The notes below the pieces were generated by a model, which searched no databases, had not been told where the DNA came from, and saw only the letters and a program-made list of their open reading frames with translations. This document shows positions 17,735-27,466 of a stretch of DNA of 64,000 nt, one piece after another; position 1 is the stretch's first letter, and the number at the start of each line of letters is the position of its first letter. A program made the translations under genes and the position numbers. The stretch spans positions 18,902 to 82,901 of the forward strand of contig PERT01000004.1 in assembly GCA_002928955.1 (NCBI GenBank), in the 5' to 3' direction. Source of the DNA: Hyphomicrobium sp. (GTDB lineage: Bacteria > Pseudomonadota > Alphaproteobacteria > Rhizobiales > Hyphomicrobiaceae).

Positions 17735-19060
17735 CTACCAACCGATCGCCCTTGGCAGCCACGTCGCGATGCTCGGGTACGCGAAAAGCATCGCAAGTGC
17801 GAGCAGTTGCAAGAAAATGTAAGGAACCACGCCCTTGTAGATCGCGATGGTCGGGACCTCGGGTGGCGCGACACTACGTAGATAGAAGAGCGCCCATCCG
17901 AACGGCGGCGTCAGGAATGACGTCTGCAGGTTGAGGGCGATCAGGGCGGCGATCCAGACCAGATCGACATTCGCGGCCTGCAGGATCGGGAGGAATAGGG
18001 GCACAACGATGTAGCTGATTTCGATCCATTCGATGAAGAAGCCCAACACGAATATGATGAGCATCATGAAAATGATGTCCGCGTTGATCCCGCCAGGAAT
18101 GTACTCGAACATGCGATGCACTAGTCCCTCGCCGTTGAGACCGCGGAAGGCCAGCGCGAAAACCTGAGCGCAGATCAGAATGAACATCATACCGGCGGTG
18201 ATCCGGGTCGTGGCCAAAGTGGTGTCGCGCAGCACCGAAAACGAGAAGCGGCCCGCAAGGGCAACGACCAGGATAGAACCAAGCGCACCCATCGACGCAG
18301 CCTCGGTGGGTGCGGCAATGCCGCCGATGATCGACCCGAGCACCGCAAGCACCAAGGCAACAGGGGGCAGGCCAACCTTGGCCGCCTTCACCCACAACTC
18401 GCTGCGGCTCATGGTGTCGCGTTCAGCGAGCGAAACGGGCGGAACAAGCTCGGGTTTCACCATGCCGAGCACGAGCAGATAGATCACGAAAATTGCCGAC
18501 AACAGCAGTCCTGGCAAAAGCGCGGCAGCAAACAGCGTGCCCACCGACTGCCCGAGAATGTCGGCAAGCAGGATAAGGATGGTCGATGGCGGAATGATCT
18601 GACCCAGCGTACCAGACGCGCAGATTGTCCCGCAGGCCGTCGGCACGTGATAGCCGCGGCGCATCAGTGCCGGGAGCGTGATCAGACCAAGTGTCACGAT
18701 GGTCGCGCCGACAATGCCGGTGGTCGCGCCCAACAGAACGCCGACGAGGACGATGCCGATCCCCATACCACCGCGCAGCCCGCCGGCCATGTGGCCGATG
18801 ACATCCATCAGGTCGTCGGCGATTTTGGATTTCTCCAGCATCACGCCCATGAAAACGAACAACGGAATGGCGATCAGCGTGTAATTGGCCGTGACGCCGA
18901 AGATGCGCGCCGGAAGCAGGTTGAACAGCGTGGCGCCGAAGCCGAGGTAGCCGAAGAACAGCCCCGAGACCGCGAGCGTGAGCGCGACCGGCATGCCGAT
19001 AGCCAGCATCGCGAAGAATGAGACAATGCAGAGGATCGCTAAAATTTCGTTGATTGGCAT
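17735..19060 (-). CDS. TRAP transporter large permease (DctM family)
   Basis: About 440 aa and highly hydrophobic, with typical DctM N-terminus and length. ATG at 19060 (MPINEILAIL) lies directly after the stop of the small-permease gene. Confidence 0.85.
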   Translation of the reverse strand: MPINEILAILCIVSFFAMLAIGMPVALTLAVSGLFFGYLGFGATLFNLLPARIFGVTANYTLIAIPLFVFMGVMLEKSKIADDLMDVIGHMAGGLRGGMGIGIVLVGVLLGATTGIVGATIVTLGLITLPALMRRGYHVPTACGTICASGTLGQIIPPSTILILLADILGQSVGTLFAAALLPGLLLSAIFVIYLLVLGMVKPELVPPVSLAERDTMSRSELWVKAAKVGLPPVALVLAVLGSIIGGIAAPTEAASMGALGSILVVALAGRFSFSVLRDTTLATTRITAGMMFILICAQVFALAFRGLNGEGLVHRMFEYIPGGINADIIFMMLIIFVLGFFIEWIEISYIVVPLFLPILQAANVDLVWIAALIALNLQTSFLTPPFGWALFYLRSVAPPEVPTIAIYKGVVPYIFLQLLALAMLFAYPSIATWLPRAIGW

Positions 19061-19061
19061 G

Positions 19062-19592
19062 TCAGATCCCTGCCTCAGGTGTTGCGGGCGCGGCGTCGGA
19101 CGCCGCCTGGTAGGCAATCAGCGCCCTGAGGAAGGCGGCAAAGCTTTGGATCAGAAGGAGCAGGAAGCCCAAGGGCAGAAGCGCTTTGAGCATCCAGCGA
19201 TGGGTCAGCCCACCGGGATCCGGCGATTTTTCCCCGATCCAATAGGACTGCATCACATAGGGAATGGACACGTAGATCAGGAAGGCGACGACGGCGCAGA
19301 CCAGCAGCATCGAGACCGCGTCGACCAGCCGCTGCAGCTTCGGCGAGAAGCGGCCGTAGAGAATGTCGACCTTGACGTGACCGTCGTGGAGCAGCGCGTA
19401 GGACAGCCCGAGCAGGCAGATCGGCGCCATCAGGTGCCACTCGAGTTCCTGCATGGCCACCGAGCCCGTGCGGAACATATAGCGCAGCAGCACGTTGAAC
19501 GACATCACGCAGACAAGCCCGAATGCGCACCAGCCGGTGATGCGGCCCACGCGATCGATGAACCAGTCGAGCTGATCCGCAAGTCGCTTCAT
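19062..19592 (-). CDS. TRAP transporter small permease (DctQ family)
   Basis: About 176 aa with four hydrophobic segments, positioned between the DctP- and DctM-type genes. ATG at 19592 has GGGGA upstream. Confidence 0.8.
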   Translation of the reverse strand: MKRLADQLDWFIDRVGRITGWCAFGLVCVMSFNVLLRYMFRTGSVAMQELEWHLMAPICLLGLSYALLHDGHVKVDILYGRFSPKLQRLVDAVSMLLVCAVVAFLIYVSIPYVMQSYWIGEKSPDPGGLTHRWMLKALLPLGFLLLLIQSFAAFLRALIAYQAASDAAPATPEAGI

Positions 19593-19675
19593 CCCGTCCC
19601 CCAATTCCAGTCCCTTGAAAACAATGCCGAGGACCCCGTGAGAGGCCCTCGGTTTTTCAACTCATCTGTCCTGGC

Positions 19676-20785
19676 TCAACCCTTGATGCCGATCTGGCCG
19701 CGAATTTGGCTTTGGTAGACGGCTTCCGAAATGCCGGCCCACTTGTCGTGGGTGGCCTTGAAGCCCATGAAGCTATCATGGACTTTCTTCACCAACGGGT
19801 CCTTGGCCGTTGCGTCCGCAAGAACCGCTTCGGTGGCTTCCTTGAGCTTGGTGATGACTTCGGGTGGCAATGGAGACGCTTTGACACCGTGGTTCTTCAC
19901 GAGGTCATCGAGGGCTTCGGAGTTGGTCGCCTCGCACCACGTATGACTGATCACATTGCAGGCGGCCGCTGCCGTCCTGACAACTTCCTTGATGTCGTCC
20001 GGCAGGGACGCCCACGCCGCCTTGTTGACGATCAGCTCGGTCACGGTCGAGGTCTCGTGCCAGCCGGTGGTATGGTAGAATTTCGCGGCCTTGTGCAGAC
20101 CGAGCCGGCGATCCTGGAACGGCCCCACGAACTCGGCGGCATCGATCACGCCGCGCTCCAGTGCGGGGAAGATTTCGCCACCCGGCAGCAGCTTCACATC
20201 CACGCCGAGGGTCGAATAGACTTTACCCGCAAGCCCCGGAATGCGCATTTTCAAACCCTTGAAGTCTTCGACCTTCTCGATCGGTTTTCGAAACCAACCG
20301 GTCATCTGGATGCCGGTATTGCCCATCGGCATGGGGACAAGATTGAACGGGGCGTAGACCTCCTCCCAGAGCTTCAACCCGCCACCGTGGTAGAGCCAAG
20401 CATTCATGCCTTGGAAATTCATACCGAACGGCACCGCGGTGAAGTACTGGGCGGCAAACGTTTTGCCCGACCAGAAGTAGCTGTTGGCGCAGTTCATCTC
20501 GACGGTGCCCTTGGACACCGCATCGAAGCCTTCAAGCGCGGGGATCAACTCACCGGCCGCGAAATGCTGAATGTTGAGCCGCCCGCCCGAGAGCTTTTTC
20601 ACAAGCTCGATGAAGTACTTCGGGCTGCCCGGACCTTCGACATAAAACGGCGCGCCAGGGCCATAGGCATTGGTCATTTTCCAATTGAATGTCGTCTGCG
20701 CACGGGCGACTGCAGGCGCGGCAACGGCGGCGGTCGTCGCGATACCTGCCGTCAGCCCGTTCTTCAGAAAAGTGCGGCGTTCCAT
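19676..20785 (-). CDS. TRAP transporter substrate-binding protein (DctP family) with Tat-type signal
   Basis: MERRTFLKNGLTAGIATTAAVAAPAVARA is a twin-arginine-like signal. Size and genomic context fit DctP. ATG at 20785 has GGGAG upstream. Confidence 0.85.
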   Translation of the reverse strand: MERRTFLKNGLTAGIATTAAVAAPAVARAQTTFNWKMTNAYGPGAPFYVEGPGSPKYFIELVKKLSGGRLNIQHFAAGELIPALEGFDAVSKGTVEMNCANSYFWSGKTFAAQYFTAVPFGMNFQGMNAWLYHGGGLKLWEEVYAPFNLVPMPMGNTGIQMTGWFRKPIEKVEDFKGLKMRIPGLAGKVYSTLGVDVKLLPGGEIFPALERGVIDAAEFVGPFQDRRLGLHKAAKFYHTTGWHETSTVTELIVNKAAWASLPDDIKEVVRTAAAACNVISHTWCEATNSEALDDLVKNHGVKASPLPPEVITKLKEATEAVLADATAKDPLVKKVHDSFMGFKATHDKWAGISEAVYQSQIRGQIGIKG

Positions 20786-21033
20786 GTGTTCGAAACTCCC
20801 TGTCCCAGACTTGTGAGTGCCCCTCCGGCCGCGTTCCAGGCCGCAACCATCAACGTGAACGCAATTGGTATGCCAGGAAATTAGTATATTGTTATCAATG
20901 GACTTTGCGAAACCAACGGTGCACAAGCCCGCGCAAATGCGGAATTCTGCGTCGAACAGCGTGACACAATGCCGAACGATTAGGCAAGCAATGTTGTTGG
21001 CGGCGGTACAATGGCGTTGCCATGTAAGCTCTG

Positions 21034-22635
21034 TCAGTACCCCGCCGCGCGCCCGTCGCTGCGAGGATCGGCGGCACCCTCGATCACACCCTTCAAAGCG
21101 CCCGTAGCGTGTGCGACGAGCGCGCCCGCGTGCCCCATGACCTCGTCGAACGCGCCAATCACCTCGACGTCATGCCCAGCGCTCCGCAAGCCGTCGATGA
21201 CGGCGGGGTCGAAGCGGTTCTCGATCCGAAGGTTGGTCTGGCTCGCGCCCCAGGTGCGGCCCAGCAACCAGCGCGGGGCGTCGATCGCCGCTTGCAGATC
21301 CTGCCCGTGCACGACATGACGCGTATAGATCATCGCCTGAGTCTGCGGCTGGCCTTCCCCACCCATCGTGCCGTAGGGCATGACGCGGCCATCGTCGAGG
21401 ATCGCCATCGCCGGCTGAATGGTGTGGAAAGGCCGGCGGCGCGGCAGCAGCGCGTTCTGTTTCGCCGCATCGAGCGCGAAGCTCGTGCCACGGTTCTGCC
21501 AGGTGACACCTGACGATGGCAGCACAAGGCCAGAGCCAAACTCCCAATAGACGCTCTGAATGAAGCTTACTGCACGGCCTTCGCCGTCAACGGCGCCCAG
21601 CCAGACGGTGTCGCCGCGCTTTTCGGGCTGAGGCCAGGGTAGTGCCGAAGCGCGGTCGATTGCAGCGGCGCGCCTGTCGAGCTCGGCGGAAGCCAGGAAC
21701 GATTGCGGGTTGACAGCCATGTGCCGCGGATCGGTCACGTACATATCGCGGACCAAGAATGCCTGCTTGGTCGCCTCGACGATCCCGTGCACGTAGTCGA
21801 AGCCATCGGCCTGCTTGATCCCGAGCCGGTCGTAGAGCCCGAGGATCATCATGGACGCAAGGCCCTGCGTCGGCGGCGGCATACCAAAGGCGCGTCCGTG
21901 CTGCAGTCCAACTTCGAGGGGGGCGACCGCCAATGCTTCGTGCCGTTCGAAATCGGCAAGGCGCAACGGGCTTCCAGCGGCCTCGAGCTCCATCGCCATC
22001 TGGCGCGCCAAATCTCCGCGATAGAAATCGTCGAGACCAGCTTTGGCGAGTTGTTCGAGCGTCGTCGCAAGCCGGCCAAGCTTGAACAGCGCGCCGACTT
22101 CGGGATGACGTCCACCCGGCATGAACTGCTCGGCGAAACCTGGCACATGCTCGAGTTCGGCGCGCTTGCCGATGTTGTTCTTCACTTGCGTCGTCGTGGC
22201 CGGAAAGCCCCTGCGCGCATGATGCATGGCATCGGCCAAGAGACGCGTCAGCGGCAGCCGGCCACCCCAACGCGAACTCATTTCAAGGGCCGACTGCCAG
22301 CCCGACACTGCGCCCGCAACAGTGAGCGCCGCCAGCGGGCCGCGCGAAGGAATCGCCGTGACGCAGCCTTGCCCGGCGTAAAACTCGCGCGTTGCGCAGC
22401 CCGCCGCCGCTCCGCAGGCGTCGATGCCAACCGGAGCCTTGCCACCTTCGGAAACCAGCCAAAAGTTGTCACCGCCGAGCCCGTTCATGTGCGGATAGAC
22501 GACGGCTATCGTCGACGCCGCGGCCACCATCGCTTCGATCGCGTTGCCGCCCTCGCGCAGTACCGAGAGACCGGCGTCAGCCGCCAGATGATGCGGTGCG
22601 ACGACCATGCCCCGTGTGGCGCGCGTCGTTTCCAT
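21034..22635 (-). CDS. gamma-glutamyltransferase family protein, apparently without signal peptide
   Basis: N-terminus TRGMVVAPHHLAADAGLSVLREGGNAIEAMVAAA and size (about 533 aa) fit the GGT/Ntn-hydrolase family. ATG at 22635 is chosen; the longer ORF extension runs through a tandem repeat. Confidence 0.8.
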   Translation of the reverse strand: METTRATRGMVVAPHHLAADAGLSVLREGGNAIEAMVAAASTIAVVYPHMNGLGGDNFWLVSEGGKAPVGIDACGAAAGCATREFYAGQGCVTAIPSRGPLAALTVAGAVSGWQSALEMSSRWGGRLPLTRLLADAMHHARRGFPATTTQVKNNIGKRAELEHVPGFAEQFMPGGRHPEVGALFKLGRLATTLEQLAKAGLDDFYRGDLARQMAMELEAAGSPLRLADFERHEALAVAPLEVGLQHGRAFGMPPPTQGLASMMILGLYDRLGIKQADGFDYVHGIVEATKQAFLVRDMYVTDPRHMAVNPQSFLASAELDRRAAAIDRASALPWPQPEKRGDTVWLGAVDGEGRAVSFIQSVYWEFGSGLVLPSSGVTWQNRGTSFALDAAKQNALLPRRRPFHTIQPAMAILDDGRVMPYGTMGGEGQPQTQAMIYTRHVVHGQDLQAAIDAPRWLLGRTWGASQTNLRIENRFDPAVIDGLRSAGHDVEVIGAFDEVMGHAGALVAHATGALKGVIEGAADPRSDGRAAGY

Positions 22636-22710
22636 GATGATCCTCGTCCTGCCGGTTGCTGCTGAATGGGGACATCGAGCTAAGGCGCTCCGGGATAGGT
22701 CGTCAAGCCG

Positions 22711-22742
22711 CGGGTCTGGCCACGGGTCTGGCCACGGGTCTC
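22711..22742. repeat. 12-bp tandem repeat, about 2.7 copies (cgggtctggcca)
   Basis: Direct reading: 22711-22722 and 22723-22734 are identical, with a partial unit at 22735-22742. It lies in the divergent region between the GGT-like gene and the DUF1045 gene. Confidence 0.85.
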
Positions 22743-22826
22743 GACAGAGCCGATGGTCGGGCATGAGGATAGCGCGGCAGTTGCGAGTGTGCGATGTCGG
22801 CCTGACCTCATCCGGGAGCCCAAGCG

Positions 22827-23519
22827 ATGACTGAGCGTTATGCCATCTACTTCATGCCGGAGCCCAACTCTGCGCTGTGGCAGTTCGGATCTTCTGTTAT
22901 CGGGTATGACGCGGCATTGAAACAAGTTGTGGATCATCCACGGCATCAGGCGTTCCAGGAGCCAACAGCGTCGCGCGCGACAGAGGCGCCGCGCCGATAT
23001 GGCTTCCACGGCACACTGAAGGCGCCGTTCGCGCTCAGAGATGGCACGACCGAGGCTGGTCTTATCGAACACGCCCGCGCCTTCGCCAATGCGCGGGCCC
23101 GCCAGACCGGCCCTACTCTCGAAGTCGCGATGGTCGATGCGTTCGTAGCGCTCGTTTCGGAAGGGGACGCCGCCAGCCCGTTCGACAGGCTCGCCGCCGA
23201 TTGCGTTCGCGAATTCGATCCGTTCCGCGGGCCGATCTCGGAGGCCGATATGCTGCGACGGCTCGCGACCCCGCTCAGTCCACGCGAAAGCAACCACCTC
23301 CACCGCTGGGGCTACCCTTACGTTTTCGAGGATTTCCGGTTTCACATGTCGCTGACGGGTGCGCTGGCGCATGATGTCCGCGACGAGCTATTTCCAGCGC
23401 TGCAAGAGTTGTACGCGCCAGTCCGCAAGGCGCTCGACATTGATGCGATCGCCATCTTCAAACAGCCCGATCGATTGTCGCGGTTTCATGTGCTGGAGCG
23501 GATGCGGTTCAGAGACTGA
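22827..23519 (+). CDS. DUF1045 / 2H-phosphoesterase-type putative phosphonate metabolism protein (PhnPP-like cyclic phosphodiesterase)
   Basis: N-terminus MTERYAIYFMPEP and two H-x-(T/S) motifs (FHGTLK, FHMSLT), typical of the 2H phosphoesterase superfamily. It lies next to the phn locus. Confidence 0.7.
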   Translation: MTERYAIYFMPEPNSALWQFGSSVIGYDAALKQVVDHPRHQAFQEPTASRATEAPRRYGFHGTLKAPFALRDGTTEAGLIEHARAFANARARQTGPTLEVAMVDAFVALVSEGDAASPFDRLAADCVREFDPFRGPISEADMLRRLATPLSPRESNHLHRWGYPYVFEDFRFHMSLTGALAHDVRDELFPALQELYAPVRKALDIDAIAIFKQPDRLSRFHVLERMRFRD

Positions 23520-23525
23520 CAGCTA

Positions 23526-24140
23526 TCAACCGCCGTGTTTTTCGAGAAACGCCTCGATCGGAAGGGAACGAAAATCTGGAAGTGCGGCACGAACCCGTTC
23601 GTGGTCCCAGTCCCACCAGCCGAGCCGCATGAGCCGCTCGCCGATGGCGGCAGGAAAGCGCTGCCTGATCGGTTTGGCAGGAAGGCCGCCGACAATCGTG
23701 TAGGGCGAAACGTCCCGCGTCACCACGGCTCCGGCGGCGACCACCGCGCCCGTCCCGATGATGCGGCCGGGCAAGATGACGGCACCATGGCCGATCCAAA
23801 CGTCATGCCCGATCGTGACCGGCGTCGAGCGACGCCAGTCGAAGAATTCTGCCTCGTCGGGCTCGCCCTCGAAGTAGCGGCTCGCGCGATAGACGACGTG
23901 GCTTTGGGTCGCGCGCCAGGTGGGATGATTGCCAGGATTGACACGGACCATCGCCGCGATGGAGCAAAACTTGCCGATCGAGGTCGAGATTATTTCCCCG
24001 TCGTTGACGACGTAGCTGTAGTCGCCCAACTCGGTTTCTGCGATCTGCGTGCGCGCACCGACCTCCGTGTAACGGCCGAAGCGGCAATCCCGCACGCGCG
24101 CGGTGGGATCGATCAGCGGTTCGATACCAAGGCTTTTCAA
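23526..24140 (-). CDS. hexapeptide-repeat (LbH) acyltransferase of the type found in phosphonate operons
   Basis: Left-handed beta-helix hexapeptide repeats (e.g. [31 protein letters not shown]). It is the last gene of the phnCDE transcription unit. Confidence 0.75.
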   Translation of the reverse strand: MKSLGIEPLIDPTARVRDCRFGRYTEVGARTQIAETELGDYSYVVNDGEIISTSIGKFCSIAAMVRVNPGNHPTWRATQSHVVYRASRYFEGEPDEAEFFDWRRSTPVTIGHDVWIGHGAVILPGRIIGTGAVVAAGAVVTRDVSPYTIVGGLPAKPIRQRFPAAIGERLMRLGWWDWDHERVRAALPDFRSLPIEAFLEKHGG

Positions 24141-24185
24141 GCCGTCAATCTCCAGAAACCCAAGTCTCCCAAGCGTGCGTCGCCG

Positions 24186-25010
24186 TCAGATCAGGTGGCG
24201 GCGCAGCTGCTGGCTGAAGATGTCGATCAGCATGACGGTCGCCACCACGATGATCATGATGGCGGCGGTCGCGTCGTACTGGAAGCCCCGGATATTCTCG
24301 TATAGCGAATGCCCGATGCCGCCCGCGCCGACGATGCCGAGCACGGTTGCCGAGCGGACGTTGGTCTCGAACCGGTAGAGGGAGATCGAACTCCACAGCG
24401 GCAGCACCTGCGGCACCACGCCGTAGATCACCTCCTGCAGCCGCGACGCGCCCGTCGCCTTGATGCCCTCCACCGGACGCGGATCGATGGCCTCGACGGT
24501 CTCCGAGAACAGCTTGGCGATGATGCCAAGATTATGGACGAACAGCGCGAAGACGCCGGCCAACGGTCCGAGCCCCACGGCGACCACGAACAGCAGCGCG
24601 AAAACGATCTCGTTGATCGCCCGGCAGGCGTCCATGAGCCGGCGCACGGGTTGCACGACCCACTGCGGCGCGACATTCGATGACGACAGAATGGCGAACG
24701 GTATCCCGAAGAACACCGAGAGCGCCGTGCCCCAGATTGCGATCTGGACGGTTTCGACCATTTCACCGAGGTAGGCGCGCCATTCGTGGAAATTCGGCTT
24801 CAGGAACCCCGAGGCGAACGTCGCCATGTTCCGGCCGTCGGTCCACAGCAACGTGCTCTTGTGCATCTCGACCGGATAGAAGCTCCAGGCGAGCAGCAAG
24901 GCGACGACCATCCAGCCCATGAGCCTGATCAGCTTGGAGCTCAGTGGTGGTTCCGGAATCTCGATGCGGTCGAGACTGACCGACTGGTAGCCGGAGTTTC
25001 CCATGGTCAT
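24186..25010 (-). CDS. phnE: phosphonate ABC transporter permease PhnE
   Basis: Multi-pass membrane protein downstream of phnD with a typical PhnE C-terminal half ([28 protein letters not shown]). ATG at 25010 has GGAG 6 nt upstream. Confidence 0.85.
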   Translation of the reverse strand: MTMGNSGYQSVSLDRIEIPEPPLSSKLIRLMGWMVVALLLAWSFYPVEMHKSTLLWTDGRNMATFASGFLKPNFHEWRAYLGEMVETVQIAIWGTALSVFFGIPFAILSSSNVAPQWVVQPVRRLMDACRAINEIVFALLFVVAVGLGPLAGVFALFVHNLGIIAKLFSETVEAIDPRPVEGIKATGASRLQEVIYGVVPQVLPLWSSISLYRFETNVRSATVLGIVGAGGIGHSLYENIRGFQYDATAAIMIIVVATVMLIDIFSQQLRRHLI

Positions 25011-25130
25011 GACAGGCTCCTGAGACGCGGACCGCGCGGCGGCATTCGGTTCTTCGAGGCACGAATATTGTCGGATGAAAAGGTGCCGAACCATCGATGG
25101 CCCGGCACCCCGAAAGTCACCTGCGGCGGC

Positions 25131-26234
25131 CTATTTCTTGGCGAAGCCGGCGGCGAAGTCACCGATCAGTTTCTTGACTTCATCGGCCTTGGCAGCCCTG
25201 TCGGCATCGACGAATGCCGCGACCTTCTTGGTCAGGTCGCTCGATGCGGCGGTCTTGGCGGCGTCTTCGAGCTTGGCGATCTCGGCCCTCACGGCTTCCA
25301 CCTGCTTCTTTTTGTCCTCGGCGGCAATCTTGTCGTCGCCTTCAATCTTCAGAAGCTTCCTGCTGGCTTCGAGCTGGCGGATCGGAAGCAGTTGATCGTT
25401 GGACGACGGTCGGAACGGCGCCCATCCGAGCGCCGCCAGGATCTCACGCTGCTTCTTGAGCTCGTCTTCCGTGCCGGCGCGGCCGTAGCTCATAAGGAAG
25501 CTGTAGATCTTGGCCTTCGTCTCGGCGGCGAGATCCTTGCGCCAGGCCAAGGGGTCCGACGGGATGAGCGGGGAGGTCCAGATCACGCGGAGCACGGCGT
25601 GCGACTCGGGTTTGGTGACGCGGAGCCGCTCGAGGCTCTCGTTGTTGTTGGTCGCGATGTTGACCTGCTTGTTGGCCACCGCGAGCAGGTTGGCCTCGTG
25701 GTTGGCGGCGCGAACCGTCTTGAAGCAATTCTTGGGATCGATGTTCTTGGCGGCGAACACATATGACATCGGCACCAGGAAGCCCGAGGTCGAGTTCGGG
25801 TCGCCATTGCCGAAATCCAGGGACTTGTCGCACTTCAAGACGTCGTCGAGCGACTTGATCGGGCTGTCCTTGTGCACGATGAGGTGCGAATAGTAGCCAG
25901 GGCTGCCATCCTTAGCGACGGACTGGATGAATACCTCGGCTTCGGCCCGATCGACGGCTTCCATCGCCGACTTGTTGCCATACCAGGCGATCTGCACCTT
26001 GTTGAAGCGCTGTGCCTCGATGATCCCGGCGTAGTCAGAGGCGAAGAACGCTTTGATCTTGAGGCCGGTGCCTTTTTCCATCTCCGCGAGGAATGGCTCC
26101 CACACCGTCTTCAGATTGGCGCTCGCCTCGGTCGAGATGATGCCGAAGCTGAGTTCATCCGCGGCCGATACGGCGGTTGCGGTGGCGGCAACGCTGGCGA
26201 CCATCGCCGTTGCAGTCACGAGTTTACGGAACAT
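25131..26234 (-). CDS. phnD: phosphonate ABC transporter substrate-binding protein PhnD
   Basis: Signal peptide, the SFGIISTE motif, ...SSNDQLLPIRQLE near the end of the binding domain, then a coiled C-terminal tail (E. coli PhnD also has one). AGGAGA lies upstream of the ATG. Confidence 0.85.
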   Translation of the reverse strand: MFRKLVTATAMVASVAATATAVSAADELSFGIISTEASANLKTVWEPFLAEMEKGTGLKIKAFFASDYAGIIEAQRFNKVQIAWYGNKSAMEAVDRAEAEVFIQSVAKDGSPGYYSHLIVHKDSPIKSLDDVLKCDKSLDFGNGDPNSTSGFLVPMSYVFAAKNIDPKNCFKTVRAANHEANLLAVANKQVNIATNNNESLERLRVTKPESHAVLRVIWTSPLIPSDPLAWRKDLAAETKAKIYSFLMSYGRAGTEDELKKQREILAALGWAPFRPSSNDQLLPIRQLEASRKLLKIEGDDKIAAEDKKKQVEAVRAEIAKLEDAAKTAASSDLTKKVAAFVDADRAAKADEVKKLIGDFAAGFAKK

Positions 26235-26350
26235 GCGTCTCTCCTCATATCGTCCTGAACGGGTCGTCTGTCCGGGCCAGGGCTAGCGCTACTGGCTCGG
26301 CGCAATCGCGCTGACGCATCAGGTCTCGTCCCCGCGACTATGGTTGGATT

Positions 26351-27277
26351 TCAAATTCTGACCGGGATCAGCGTGCCACTTTCAGGCGGGCTGCCGTCGT
26401 GGCCATTCTCGGTTGGAAGTGGAAAGGGAGTGCCGGAGCCGAAGTCCCGCCCAGCAAGTTCCCCCAGACCCGGGAGGAAAAGGCTTTCGCTTTCGGCCCC
26501 GTACAGCTCTGCCAGAAACGCTGGTGTCAACGCCTTCGATGGGCCGTCGTAGACCACCGAGCCGGTGCGTAGCGCAATCGTTCGAGGGCAATACCCGAGC
26601 GCATATTCGACTTGATGCAGCGACACGAGAACCGTGATCCCATCGGTGCGGTTGAGTTCCGCGAGAATATCCATCACGCGCCGGGCGGAACTCGGATCGA
26701 GCGACGCGATCGGCTCGTCCGCAATGATGACGTCGGCGCCCTGCACGAGTGCGCGCGCGATGGCCGCACGCTGCTGCTGCCCCCCCGAAAGTTGCGAACC
26801 CCGTTTCAATGCCTGCTCCGCGATGCCGACGCGGGTCAAAGCGAGCATCGCGCGCGCGCGCTCCTTCCGCGGGAACAACGAAAGCGTTCCACGCCAACCC
26901 GGAATGCGGCCGAGACATCCCGCGAGCACGTTGGTCAAGACCGAAAGCCGCGGCACGAGGTTGAACTGCTGGAAAACGACCCCGACCTTGGTGCGCAACT
27001 CACCCGCAGCACTGCCCATGCGGCCCCCGCGCTGCATGACCTGTCCGAGAATTTCAATCGAACCTTCGACGGGCTCACCCTGGCGCGGCCGGTCGGCGCG
27101 ATCTATCGGCACGAGGCCTGCGATCGAGCGGATGAGTGTGGATTTGCCGGAGCCCGATGCGCCGATCAGCGCCACCATCTCGCCGCGAGCGATCGACAAT
27201 GTGACATCGTTGAGCACGGTCTTGCCGCGATCGAACGACTTCGAAACATGCTGGACTTCGATCGCCTGACGCGCCAC
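26351..27277 (-). CDS. phnC: phosphonate ABC transporter ATP-binding protein PhnC
   Basis: Walker [10 protein letters not shown], signature LSGGQQQR, Walker B IIADEP. GTG start with GGGAGG upstream. It carries a low-complexity C-terminal tail of about 45 aa. Confidence 0.9.
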   Translation of the reverse strand: MARQAIEVQHVSKSFDRGKTVLNDVTLSIARGEMVALIGASGSGKSTLIRSIAGLVPIDRADRPRQGEPVEGSIEILGQVMQRGGRMGSAAGELRTKVGVVFQQFNLVPRLSVLTNVLAGCLGRIPGWRGTLSLFPRKERARAMLALTRVGIAEQALKRGSQLSGGQQQRAAIARALVQGADVIIADEPIASLDPSSARRVMDILAELNRTDGITVLVSLHQVEYALGYCPRTIALRTGSVVYDGPSKALTPAFLAELYGAESESLFLPGLGELAGRDFGSGTPFPLPTENGHDGSPPESGTLIPVRI

Positions 27278-27339
27278 CGCTTAGCCTCCCGTTGTGCCGC
27301 TGGACTAGCAACCACACATGGCAGGATGCTCTCAGATTG

Positions 27340-27357
27340 ATGACAGTTGCGTGACAT
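27340..27357 (-). promoter_or_regulatory. candidate Pho box (PhoB site) for phnCDE: ATGTCAC-GCAA-CTGTCAT on the minus strand
   Basis: Two 7-bp direct repeats separated by 4 bp (11-bp periodicity). They match the CTGTCAT-N4-CTGTCA(C/T) Pho-box consensus at 6/7 and 7/7. The site lies about 62 nt upstream of the phnC GTG. Confidence 0.5.
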
Positions 27358-27410
27358 TCCGCATACGCATGCCGTTCGAAGCAGGACAGGCGCGGGTTGC
27401 AGGCCGGTCA

Positions 27411-27427
27411 CGTCACAAAAGCTTCAT
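27411..27427 (+). promoter_or_regulatory. weaker Pho-box-like element (CGTCAC-AAAA-GCTTCAT) upstream of phnG
   Basis: Half-site spacing is correct and the spacer is A-rich, but the second half-site is poor. It lies about 40 nt upstream of the preferred phnG ATG. Confidence 0.25.
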
Positions 27428-27466
27428 GGCAGAAGCTTATGCGACACCCCTTGCATGGAGGACTGG

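Noticed and set aside
1223-22742. The tandem repeat arrays (1223, 5988, 11401, 11496, 22711) as CRISPR arrays
   Set aside because: The units are directly adjacent with no unique spacers, arrays have at most 3 units, and no cas genes are present.
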